Positions 12,837 through 24,453 of a DNA stretch of 64,000 nt are shown one piece after another (the first letter of the stretch is position 1; each line of letters begins with the position of its first letter). The DNA is taken from assembly GCA_964035545.1 (NCBI GenBank), contig OZ037766.1:9352722-9416721 (forward strand), read 5' to 3'. The notes under the pieces were generated by a model. It saw only the letters and a program-made list of their open reading frames with translations, did not search any database and was not told the DNA's origin. A program made the position numbers and the translations under genes. This DNA comes from Bugula neritina. Taxonomy: Eukaryota; Animalia; Bryozoa.

Positions 12837-15178
12837 ATGGCTTCTTCAATTTCTCAAGACCTAGGACTTGGCTCGCTGGTGGGTGCCTGCTAGGCAGCAG
12901 CTTACGCAAAATTTGATCAATTATTGAACTTTTCTATATAATACAAAAAGCATTGCAACTGAATAGGCATGTTTTAAACTCAAATATTGTGCTTATGTTG
13001 TTGTGGCGACTGCAAATGTACTCTGCTTGGCAGTGTGAAGTGTTTTAAAATGTGCTATAAATCATAAAGTAACATAAATTGCTTTAAAAATTTCCTATGT
13101 AGTATTTAGGCGTGTTATTTTGCAAAAAGAAATATTTTAGAATGAATGACACTGTATCAAGTTTATTATAGAAGTTATTATTCTAAAATAATATTGACAA
13201 GTAATATGAAAAGAAAATACAACTACATAGTCTTAGCTGTTAGCCTGATTCTTTAGTATTTGTTTTCTCCTGTAACAGTATAATATCATTATGTTAGTAG
13301 CATATATATTCTTTTGTAATAACTTGAAGTCCAACTTTTGCGCTAAAAGTAACTAAAATTAATTTCCGTTATTCCCTCAATTTTAGCCACTTTTTATACA
13401 AGTCAAGATTGTTCTTTCTATTTGTTGTTTATGATTAACACTGTGAATAGTTTATTTTTAGAATGTTAATGAGCAAATGACAGCCGCCTCTGTGTTGTCA
13501 AAACCAGCCAATGAGTTTGGCAACAGTGTGAGTAAAAAACTTCAGTATAAATTTACTGCTGCTTTATACAGCATAATTTGTGGTGTTTTGTCAGAAATTA
13601 TTGTGCATTTTTAGTCGACATATTTTACTCTAACAGGTAAATTGATTTATTATTATCCCTTTTGCTGTTCGAATGTAGGACCAATTGTTTGTGTTTTTGT
13701 TAAGTTTTTTGTCTGTTTGGTTTATAGGAGGAAATAGAGATGCAGTGGGCTGTTAAAGCTTATGGTCATGCTGAAACATATTTTAATGTAAGTAGTCAAT
13801 GTAAGTAGCAAACATCTAAATTGTTTTTCTAACAATATTTTAAGATAATATATTTCAACTGATAAGAGACTTGACATATAAATTATTTAGCATCAATTCA
13901 TGCACTCACCTTTATAATCAAAAGCTATTGAATTTGTACTGAACTAGTTTTCAAGAACCATGAAATAGAAATTTGTAATGCTTTAGACATGAAATATTCA
14001 ACATTGCTAGTTTTAATATATAGTGAGAGCATAATTATGTTGTGATTTATTGCTTTGCTGAATGATGATGCGTAACATAATCACATGGCTCTCATCTTTA
14101 TATACTGCAATGTTGCAGCTAATTTGCGCTGTCGACCCAAAGTTGCTTCGTCTAACTCCACATGACAATGTGATCTACCAAAAATTCAGGACTGAGTTTC
14201 CTGATGACAAAGTTGCAGTGTTAGACCAAGACGTAATTAAATCAAAAGAAAATAAAGAGGTATGTTTTTTTTGTTTATCAAGCTTGCTAATTTACATAAG
14301 CCAAAAGGCAGTACTTTATTCATGATTTAAATTTATACTTTTTGTTGATAATAGCACAATTTTTATATTTGAAACCCTTTAGGTTATTCATGTTTCTACT
14401 TTTATGATGATCAATTTGCTATCTTATATAATAATAGTAACATTGATATTTAAATAATTTGTTTATTTTTTAAGAATAAAAATTGTAGTATTTTCAGGTA
14501 ATATATTTTTGTATTTTATTCAGAAATGGAGGCCATTCTGTGAGTCATTCAAAGGTATTATCGATGAATATAATTTTGCATCCCTAATCAGAACTGACTG
14601 TGCTGGAGAATATTCCGAGGCTAACACATTTGTCGGTATGGTTTCTAATTTTAGCAGGATTTGAGTGTTATATTTCACAGTCATGTTTCGTTTTACTTAT
14701 CCTCAATAATTCACATTAAGTATTGAAATGTAAAATCCTCTATTCTTCTCCGTGATAATCTTATTCATAAGCTACACATACCTATTAATTTTAATCTAAT
14801 TATACTCAATAAATAAATAAATATGATTGATGTTTGTGATGATAAATCTAAAATGTAACTGTTTAGCACTTGATTCAATAGCTGAATAAATATTTGAATT
14901 TTAAGTTGTTGATTTCTCCTTACTTCCCATCATTTTTTTTAGAAATGTTGCATGTTTCTTTGTCTTTGAAGTAAGATATACCAACAGTGTTAAGCAGTAA
15001 TACTTCGAACCATTTTAGATTAACTTAATGCGATTTATAGGAGTTCAGGAAATGTACCAGTTGTGTATTGAATGTTTTAGTACCCAAAATACAGTTCTTA
15101 GCCTTTGAAATAGCAAGAAACCGAGAAGGCCACAACAGTGGATTGAAAGAGAAATTCAACAAGAAGAAAGCTTCTTAG
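12837..15178 (+). CDS. PBDC1: Polysaccharide biosynthesis domain-containing protein 1 (CXorf26), 6 coding exons
   Basis: Spliced translation includes EIEMQWAVKAYGHAETYFN|LICAVDPKLLRLTPHDNVIYQKFRTEF..KSKENKE|KWRPFCESF..YNFASLIRTDC..YSEANTFV|VPKIQFLAFEIARNREGHN. TAG at 15176-15178. Confidence 0.92.
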
Positions 15179-15592
15179 CATCTTACATTAATTTGATGCA
15201 TTAGAGTAGGCAAGACTTGTAAATATTTTTAAAAGTAGTCTTGTGTTTTATTTGAGTTAACAATAAAAATGGAATCAATTTGAATGCCATTTAGTTAATC
15301 AAATATACATATCTCATTCTGTACAATTCAACAGATAATTTTAAATAAAGATATTTTGTGCTTTTTTTCACCATTAGAAAACTTGAAGCTTCCTGATTCT
15401 AAATAGCACATGGTTTGTACATGAATTAATAATATACTCTACTAGGGTCTACACTGTAGACACTAATAATTTAAAAATGAAAATAACCGGTTTTGGAGAT
15501 GAACTCTTTATATTTTTATGCTAGGTAGATTCAGCGTATTATTTCAATCTAGTTATTTAATGAGCTAAAACCCTGCCAGGTTAAAGAGAACC

Positions 15593-18500
15593 TTAAAAGT
15601 TCACTACTCCGAATAAAGTTGGCACCATTTTGAGATTGTTAATGCTGGCATTAAGCTGCAGTTGCCATTGATTGTTAGTCTGTATTTCTTGTTGGAGCTT
15701 CACTTTATTTTCCTACAAAAATATCAATTTTAGATACTTTTTTGCTCCATGTCTTGTATGGCTGAAGAAATCAACCATGTAATGTAACCACTTTGCATCT
15801 GCAAAATACAGTGCGCTGCTGCTGTACTAATTGGCATTGATCCAAATAATATATAGTAATAATCTCCGTTAATTTATCAGATGAAACATTGTAGGCAAGC
15901 TAGTATATAATCAACATTATATAAAATAAAAAGCAAATTTCCATTAAATTTTCAGTCCTTACTTTACCATTCCTAAACAAAGAAACATATCTGTAATAGA
16001 GCAGTCAAACATTTTAAACACAATGTAAAGATTTTGCAAAGACCTGTTGGTTACTTACTTGTAATGTAATGAGACTTTTACTCAACTGACTGTGTATCTC
16101 CTTTAATCTCTTTGCATTCTCTCTAAGGGTTTGTAACTCTAGTTCACGCTGACTGTGTTTATACATTATGATTTCCATGTGACTAGTAATGTCAAACGAG
16201 CTGTCTACTGAAACATCAGGCATCCTGTTTACACAATGATCACAGCACGTTGAATCTAATTGAGATTTATCTTCCTTCACTTGATCTACCGACTGAGGTT
16301 CTTTATGCTTTCTGAGTTCAGCTTGGAGCTTATTAAGATGGAGTTTGCCTGCTAAATGCTCCTTACGATTATGTCTTGAGCTAAACCGTTGGTCACATAT
16401 GTGACAGAATAAAGTTAATTCTTCCTCCACATAACCAAGATCCTCCTCCTCGACCACTCCCACTGTTTGAATATAAAAGTATGAACAAGGGTAAAGCTAG
16501 CGTGTAGCACCTCGTATAAATAAAACTCAGGTGAGTTTATAGTCACCATGCCTGTGAGAAACTCAGATTGAAATTTTCACTATTGTGACAAAGGAGCAAA
16601 TATGACTAAATACTCTTCCTAAGATCCCTAATGACTTTTTCCGGGTATCGAACCCATGACCTGGTGTTTACTAAGCCAGCGCTCTAACGCCTAGACCACA
16701 GCTGCTCCAGTAAACCTCTTAGTTGATTCATTCTCACAACAGCATGTTTAAAAGATGAAAAACCAAAATATAGAAATTGTCCCACAGAAGAGTATAGTCC
16801 AGATTCACACTGAAAACTCATAAATTTTACAATTAAATCAACATACACCGAGCAGTAGTTTCATTTCTTTTTCGTTTTAAAATCTCTTGATAAGCTTCAG
16901 TCTCTTGATACTCTTTCAGTTCTTGAGTAAATCTCTTTTGATCTTCAGCTGCTTGCTTCCGATACTCTTCCTAGAGGGTAAACTTAGTGGTGCAGCATGC
17001 TGATACTAACCAACTGATACATCTTATAGTTACAGCAACACAGCTGTGCCTGTGAACTGTTACATATCATATAACTAAACTTAGCAAAAAAATATAGAAA
17101 GTATAATAAAAATATTTCAATAGTTTTTAGCAATAGTTTGTAAAAATTAATGTTTAAAACTGCTAGACCATTATCAAGTTTCTGCAACTAAAACTATGCA
17201 TTGAAATGTTTTCGATAAGCTATTTTATTTATAATCATATAATTTATTTTAATGGAATCATTTAGAATCCTAATATTCCACAACCAGCTTTTGAAAGAAA
17301 GACTAATTTGACTAACTAACCCATTGACCGAGGTAACTAATTGTGCAACCTGGAAGTTTAAATGTACTTCCACCTAGGATCCTTCTATACTGCTTGGCCC
17401 TATGAGAAAAAACTGTAGTTGAAAACAATATAATTATTAAGTATAAGAAAATAAAATAACAATAGAAGAGTCACGCTTTACCTTCAATGTGTGATCAAGA
17501 TTAGTCCATTCTCTACCCATCATAACCGTTACTTCACTAAATGTATAATTTTTGTTTTCAAGCATTAATTCCTTCCGGCGTTTCTTGGCAAACAACAAGT
17601 ATCTGAAACCAATGCATAGACCACAGTTACAAAACCTACTAGCAATTTTATTTTCTAAGTTTACAACAATATTTTAGCTTTTAAAAACGAATCAAACTAG
17701 CTTAAACTTACGCTGTTTTTGGGGAGGCAATTCTAAATTTATCAGGCTTTCTCTTCTTTCCTTTAGGCCAACCTCCTCTACGTTTACCTTGCAACTATAT
17801 CAGCACAATCAATGTAAAAACCGTATATGAATATTATATTATTACAACAATGGTGAATAAAAATTAATTAGGAATATATAGAAGCAATTATTTGGTTAAA
17901 AATTGGGTTAGTATCACTTACCTGATTATGGTTTCCTTTCAACTTTCTGGGTGATTTTGCTGGATTGTTTTGAAAAGAAAGTCTAAGTTGATTAGACTTC
18001 TTCAATGAGCCAGATGGAGAAGGGCTGTTTGCTACACAGGAAGAAAACAAGCATTATTGGGAATAGTTTGCTCAACTGATGTACAGACAAACAAAAATAT
18101 CTTATGTAAAGGTCACTGGTATAACAAAAAACCTAACAAGTTTAAAAACATAAAAATGTATCTAAAAACTAGAGAACCGCATTCAATTTACAAGAAATCA
18201 AAAGCCCACAATATTTAATTAGAATAAATTAACGTAATCAATCTAACCAGGTTTTTGAGCAAATGAAGCCACATCAGATTCATCCACTATGCTTAACGAG
18301 TCGCCCACAACTTGACTAGAATTTGATGGCTGAATACAAACAACTCTAGAAAACATATTTTAAAAGTGAACATGATAAACATTTCAGAATTTTTATGTCC
18401 AACTCTAAAGACGATTAGAAATTAACATTGAGCATAAGCAACTGAATAATAATCACTAGCGAATTGATCTACGCGCGCGCGCACACACACACAGATGCAT

Positions 18501-19551
18501 TGAAACTGGAATGTTAAGCTACAATAAGTGTACACTGTTAGCAAAACGCTTACCTTCCATCAATTAGTTCTATTACTCCATTTGGAGAGATGGTTTTCAC
18601 AAGTTGCAGAGCAGTTTCACTCACATCCCCTGTAAGGCTCACAACATTTGCTGCAGCAGGCATTGTTAGAAAAGCTGCTAAGGAGTTTAACTGATTAGAG
18701 TCATATTCAATGCCTGTGTTACAGGAATTTTTAATAACCACATCATCACCAACTCCTTCATAATAAGTCACTACTTGTGCTGCTCCTTCCATTTTAGTTT
18801 CAGTCACTGAATCTAAAGCGCATCCATTAATATCAGACAATGGGGATTTGTGGCTATAATCAATGGCAGCTCCTTCTTCTAATGGTATGACCGACACCTC
18901 AGACTGAGATTCTATCAATTTAGCCTCTTCATTTATTTTAATGGGTAATTTTGTTCCCACATCATGATCGTCAGCTAAGCGAGGATAGCAAGTTTGTTCA
19001 TGCCAATTATCGTCACCTGTCGAATCTTTGTTCTCATCATTTTTACCAGAAGAGCTAAGCACAATGTTTGAGGTGTCAGTATCAAATGATGTAGACAAGG
19101 AGGGTTCTGAACAAACACAATCTGGTTCTCCTCCATGTACACAGTTTTTTGATCCAATGGAAGAAACAGGAATTTGGAGCTGTTCATTTAAATCATCTGC
19201 GTTGGTCTGAATTGAGGGACCAACTACAGGATCATCAGCTGAAAGGCTATTATTTTCATTGGAGCTTGATGTTGAACTGCAGCATAAAGTTGTACTGCTG
19301 CCATCAGAAGCTGAGTTACAAGTGGTAAAAATTTCAGTACTTTGAGACTGAGATGAATAGACATCGTAAGAAATGCAGTGGTCCATAGAAACATCATTAT
19401 CTTCATAAAGCTTAGTTGGAAATGCTTCATTCATGAATGACCCATTGTGAATAACTGCAGAATTTGAAGTTTGAGATCTAAGTTGCTGCCGTTTGAAATT
19501 ATCCATGCTACTTGAATCAATTATGCAAATAGATTTGCAGTGATCACCCAT
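15593..19551 (-). CDS. HMG20-like HMG-box protein with a long acidic N-terminus, an inserted C2H2/matrin-type zinc finger and a C-terminal coiled coil
   Basis: Exons join in frame: KRRGGWPKGKKRRK (HMG20 signature), HMG box PKTAYLLFAKKRRKELM..FSEVTVMMGREWTNLDHTLK|EEYRKQAAEDQKRFTQELKEYQETEAY, finger FCHICDQRFSSRHNRKEHLAGKLH, coiled coil RELELQTLRENAKRL. The last exon ends VPTLFGVVNF*. One donor (about 16848) is weak. Confidence 0.75.
16540..16708 (-). mobile_element. tRNA-derived SINE (degenerate) in an intron of the HMG20-like gene
   Basis: Minus strand GGAGCAGCTGTGGTCTAGGCGTTAGAGCGCTGGCTTAGTAAACACCAGGTCATGGGTTCGATACCCGG has Pol III A and B boxes and an AGT anticodon-like loop but no paired acceptor stem. 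The left boundary is approximate. Confidence 0.65.
18471..18493. repeat. (CG)n(CA)n alternating purine-pyrimidine tract
   Basis: ACGCGCGCGCGCACACACACACA in an intron. Confidence 0.8.
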
Positions 19552-19620
19552 AATCTAAAATAATTAAATTGTTATAAACATACAAATTTTAGCATTACTA
19601 TAGAGTTCACATGTTATAAT

Positions 19621-20118
19621 GGGTTACCGTCGTTTCGTACACAAGTCATTTTGTACACCAGTCGTTTCGTATACAAAATGGTCATTTCATACACAAACTG
19701 CTATCCATTTCGTACCCAAATTGAATAATAAATTAATCCACTGGATAACCACTTGAAAGTCAGATAATTCTATTTTACTTATTTATTGTATCCCATGTCG
19801 CCTAATGATCAATGTTTTATATCAATCTATTATATATTATGATAAACTAAATGCTTTAACCTTTATTTTTATATCATTATAAATAATTATATAATTATTG
19901 AGCACACTACTATGTTTTTGGTTTTATTTTGATCAATGCTAATGTTTATATTAATCTATTATTGCTGTACTACTCATACATCAAATAACAAATAAATATT
20001 AAAAAATATGAATTTTCTTTAATACATACTGATGTGTACGAAACAACCTATCAGATGTGTACAAAACGACCTGAAAAAGTGGGTACAAAACGACTTATGT
20101 ATGAAATGACCTGCACCC
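19621..20118. mobile_element. Non-autonomous DNA transposon (MITE) with an 8-bp target-site duplication
   Basis: Ends GGGT...ACCC. Subterminal arrays of GTCGTTTCGTACAC-like units lie on the left and their reverse complements on the right. GTTATAAT directly flanks both ends (19613-19620 and 20119-20126). Confidence 0.85.
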
Positions 20119-20149
20119 GTTATAATAACAGCAACACTGAATGACTATA

Positions 20150-22070
20150 ACTTTTTACTAATACTAAGTGCTATTAGTAATACTAACATGCGATAGTATA
20201 AGTATAACTAGGCCTACTACTTTAAGCAATTGTGAATAATTGTAATTTTATCTCAAGTCTAAGAATTATAATTTATGTTACCCACTTAGAGTTATTTATA
20301 TTCATATTTAATTATTATTAATAACATTAAAGAGCAAAACCAATCACTGATAGTGATTATCACCTATCACTTGAGAAGTAAATTACTAAATTAATTGTTC
20401 CAAGTTACATTATTTTTAAATTTAATATTGACACTCTCATAGTCATACATTTACAGTCTGAGTCAATGTCACACTCACACTCATACTTCAAATTCATTCA
20501 TTAACATTCAATGTCACACTAACACTCAGTCTCCCTGTCAATTACAATGATTATGATAATCATATTCATACTTATAGTGACAATGAAAATCCAATCACAA
20601 TGACAATTTTATTACTACCAGTATCACAATGTTAATGTGAATGAAATTGAATATGATGTTGTATGTCATTGACAATGACTGTGATATTCATATATTATCA
20701 TATTGTCTTCCTGATTGTGACAATCACAATGACCATATCAAGATTATGAATGTGTCAATGACAATCAAAATCAGTATCACAATCACAATGACAATGTGAA
20801 TGTCAAACTCATTGACACTGACTCACAGTCACACTCATAGAGAGAGACTGAGAGTCAGTGTCACACTCACAGTCAGAGTCATACAATAACAATTATATTT
20901 ACAATTACATTAGTATTACTTTACAATTACTGAATTAGTATTACTGAATTAGTATTACTATTAGTTATACTTATTAGTTGAGTATAAGTATTAGTATTAC
21001 TATATGAATATCACTATAGAGTATAGACTATAGTCTATACTAACTATTACTAGTATTAGTATTATACTATTACTATAACTATAACTTACAGTTACAAGTT
21101 ATAATAAGTATAACATTAGCTTATTAGCTATAATTATTATTATATGAATGATTATGATAATTTAAATTACATTAGATTAACATTAAATTTAATTTTATAA
21201 ATTGTCATCATAATGATAATCAGTTAATAATCGTAATGATAATGAAGTTTAAGTTGATAATCATACTGATAATGATTACCATATTCAATTGCTACTGTTA
21301 ATTATCAAATTCAAGCCACTGGTGAGTGATTGGGATGCCGATTCATCATTCATGTTGATATCGGTAATGCTTTAGTAAACCCATCATCTCTAACCTTGAC
21401 ATTTACAAAAGCCTATCTTGTCACGTGACTCCAGGGACCATAACAAAGCTTCTTAAGAAAACGTGGAACGTAAACAACTGCTGTGCTTGTGCAACCCAAA
21501 AGCTGCAAAAACCGACATTATTATTTTCTCACAGTTAATTATTTAGGTAAGATCAAATGTTTGTGAGAGTTTACTTCTTTGGTGCTCGTTGTTGTTGAGA
21601 ACCTGTATAGTGTATTAATGTAACTGCGAAAATCACAATCACTTTCGATCTCAATGGCAACCGCAATGCTAATTGACTTTGAGTAATACTCTAATAGTAA
21701 TACTAATACTAGTAGTAATACTAACTACTAAGTATAATACTAATACTAATAGTAATAGTTATAGCAATACCAATAGTAATAGTAATACTAATACTAATAG
21801 TAGTAGTAATACTGTAATACTAATACTAATACTAATAGTAATAATAATATTTATATTAATAATAATACTAATAGTAATAGTAATACTAATACTAATAGTC
21901 ATAGTGATACTGATAGTCATATTGATAACCATTTTCATATTGATGTAATTGTTGATATGAGTGTGAGTGTAGGCGTACTCGTAGCAGTAGCCAAAGAAAC
22001 TAGGACTCAGTCTACTAGTACTACTACTAGTCGTTATCTTTATCATTTTGATTGATTACTATAAGTATAA
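20150..22070. promoter_or_regulatory. Divergent promoter interval (HMG20-like / PDCD4) with periodic tracts
   Basis: Head-to-head genes. The unique core (about 21300-21660) holds GTCACGTGAC (21420), GTAAACAA (21470) and a donor AG|GTAAG near 21547, and is flanked by hexamer tracts. Confidence 0.7.
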
Positions 22071-22380
22071 GGCTTTTGAAATTTACATGTTATATAATTA
22101 TTAATAAATATAATATTATATGTGGTGTTGATATTTGGTATAAAGGCTTTAAACTGTAAGTTTAATGCTGAACTTTGTGACAATTTGAATTCAGATTTAA
22201 CACTGACACTCACAGTTTGAGTTCTAATGTAAAACTTCAGTAAAATGCCTTCTTAAGTACAACAGCAAGGAAACTGCACTAACCATATTAATAGTCTGAT
22301 AGTGGTGATGTTTAAAATAAAAATAAAATCAATGAATAAGCTGTTGGAATCAGCAATGTTAAAAAAGAAGTAAATACACA

Positions 22381-22819
22381 GGAATCCACGACTATTCGAA
22401 AATGACAATTGGAAAACACTTACTGGAAAACGGACAATTCACTAATAGACTACTTGAAAATAGACAATTAGAAAATGGACATTTGGAAAATGAAGAATAT
22501 TCAACATGGAATAGTCGGAGGGGGTGTTCAGCATCTGGTCGAGTTCAAAATAGCTTTTTCTGAACATGTGCAATTTGAAATTGAAACTATTCGTTAACTA
22601 ATTCTACTTCCATGACAGGCCTAACTGATTTGGATTTTATATTTATTGTTGAAAGCTATTTTGGACCCGACTATTCCATGTTGAATATTCTTCATATTCC
22701 ATGTTTCTATTTTCCAAATGCCCATTTTCTAATTGTCTATTTTCGAGTTGTCTATTGGTGAATTGTCCATTTTCTAATTAAGTGTTTTCCAATTGTCATT
22801 TTCGAAATGTCGTGTCACC
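22381..22819. mobile_element. Foldback/MITE-like element with about 140-bp terminal inverted repeats
   Basis: 22381-22518 (..TTCGAAAATGACAATTGGAAAACACTT..GAAGAATATTCAACATGGAATAGTCGG) is the reverse complement of about 22667-22819 and is built from approximately 15-bp GAAAATNGAC subunits. No clear TSD. Confidence 0.8.
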
Positions 22820-23139
22820 AATTTACTCAGAGTTTGATTCTTTTTTTGTATTTAATTGTCATTATCTAAATATAGTTTTGTGTTTACCTGGATTTTATCA
22901 ATGATATTTTTGCTGGATCATTATTTGTATTGGTACAATTACTTTTCATCATTGTACACACTACTTTACTTCAAAGTTTTCATTAAAGCTGTGCGGTATT
23001 TATGGGAGTCTGCAGTCTTAAATCAGGTTTACTGCAAGAAAAATTGAAGATAATTGCATCTAAATATCTAGGAATGGAAAGCAAGGTAATATTAAAGTGT
23101 TCACAGAAGACGTTTGAAAAATAGCATAATAGCATCACT

Positions 23140-23655
23140 GCTACATGCAAAAGGGAGAATCTGCTTGGTTGCAACAGCTACAAAATAATAAAATTTCCTA
23201 GTCACTTACTCAAGCTATAGGAAACAGTGATTGAGGCAAGGGTAAAAGAGATGGTGAAAATCAATAAGAGACAGTATTACTTTCAGAAAGATAAGTCCAC
23301 TACAAAATCAATGTTTTGTCGGCAGATTTTGCAGGATAGATTCAAATAGTTGGGTAAAAATCTACACACAGTGTTTGTGGATTTGAGAAGAATTATCGCA
23401 CGGTACCTAATAGATTACCTGAGGAAGAGATTTGTTTAAAAGAAGAGGAGTATGTTGGTATATTTCAGGACATGTTTCAGTCGTGCAAGATAAGAGTTAC
23501 CACAGTAACTGGAGCAACAGGAGACATTGGTATAGAAGTAGGCCCACATCTAATCTCAGCTTTAAACCCTTTTTTTATTTGCTATCATCCTTCTAGTCAT
23601 TGCGGAAGAAATAAGAAAGAAAGCTCTATGGACAATCTAATATTGTGTGACTAGA
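23140..23655 (+). pseudogene. Decayed RTE-clade LINE reverse-transcriptase fragment
   Basis: Translates to SHLLKL*ETVIEARVKEMVKINKRQYYFQKDKSTT..QDRFK*LGKNLHTVFVDL and IEVGPHLISALNPF. These correspond to the RTE RT motifs LSHxMKLWERVI..QFGF..RSTT..FVDLEKAYD and VGLHQGSALSP, with stops and frameshifts. Confidence 0.8.
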
Positions 23656-24453
23656 AATGGAAGACTAAAAATGTAAAGAAAAGCCTGTATAGCTATATTG
23701 TTATTATGAATTGTACTAATATCTATTTTAAATACTCTATTAGACAAACACTAAATCCGTTTTATATTTTCTTCTATTTAAAATAGGCAAGGGGTCGTTT
23801 TGCTTTAATTAAGCATAATGTTACAGAAAAATGTACTTTTGTTAGTTTAACCTAATTCAGCCATTGCACAAAGCCTTGCATATGCCTACACACTCAAGAC
23901 CAACAAGTTCATTGAGCATTCAAATAATATTTTCCACTAGTTTCTTGCCTCCTTGCTCGTGATTAAAAGTTTACAGGTAGAAGAAGAGATTTTGCATCTA
24001 CTAATTTATAGAAAAGTTTTTTTCACGTAGACTAGGCTCTGGAGTGGCTAACCTATGTTGTAGTTTGCAATTCTCTGATTTTTCAAATAAAATTATTTCC
24101 TGCTCCACATTTGACTCACAGTTATTTTTAAGCTTACAGCTGTAACTGCTGATCTGTATACTAACAATTGTTAAGTAATCACTTAGTGATACGATTTGTA
24201 AAGATTTTAAAGGAAAATATGAAATGAACTATAGATTGAGGGTTTCAGTCGTACTTGTTTTAAAGCTTATTGACCTTTTTATTTTCTGCTATATTAGTTA
24301 ACAACTGAAGATAATTCATTAAAACAAATCCATACACATGAATAAGGGTTTGTGTGTAGAGGTGAGGGTTAGTTTACATTACATTTTGTTGCTAAAACTA
24401 TAATTAAATGAAACTAAAAAATACTGAGTTATTGATTTTTGTAGACATTTATC

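Noticed and set aside
16641-16708. Functional tRNA-Thr gene
   Set aside because: The acceptor stem cannot form and the 3' side runs into a SINE-like body.
17374-17400. Possible poison micro-exon in the HMG20-like gene (TAG|GGCCAAGCAGTATAG..AG|GTGG)
   Set aside because: The donor is weak and there is no independent support.
19621-20118. CRISPR-like repeat-spacer array
   Set aside because: The units are degenerate, inverted between the two ends and flanked by a TSD; the context is eukaryotic with no cas genes.
21673-22046. Ile/Val/Leu-rich ORFs on both strands that resemble membrane peptides
   Set aside because: Translations of the periodic (ANT)n tract, which lacks stops in some frames by construction.
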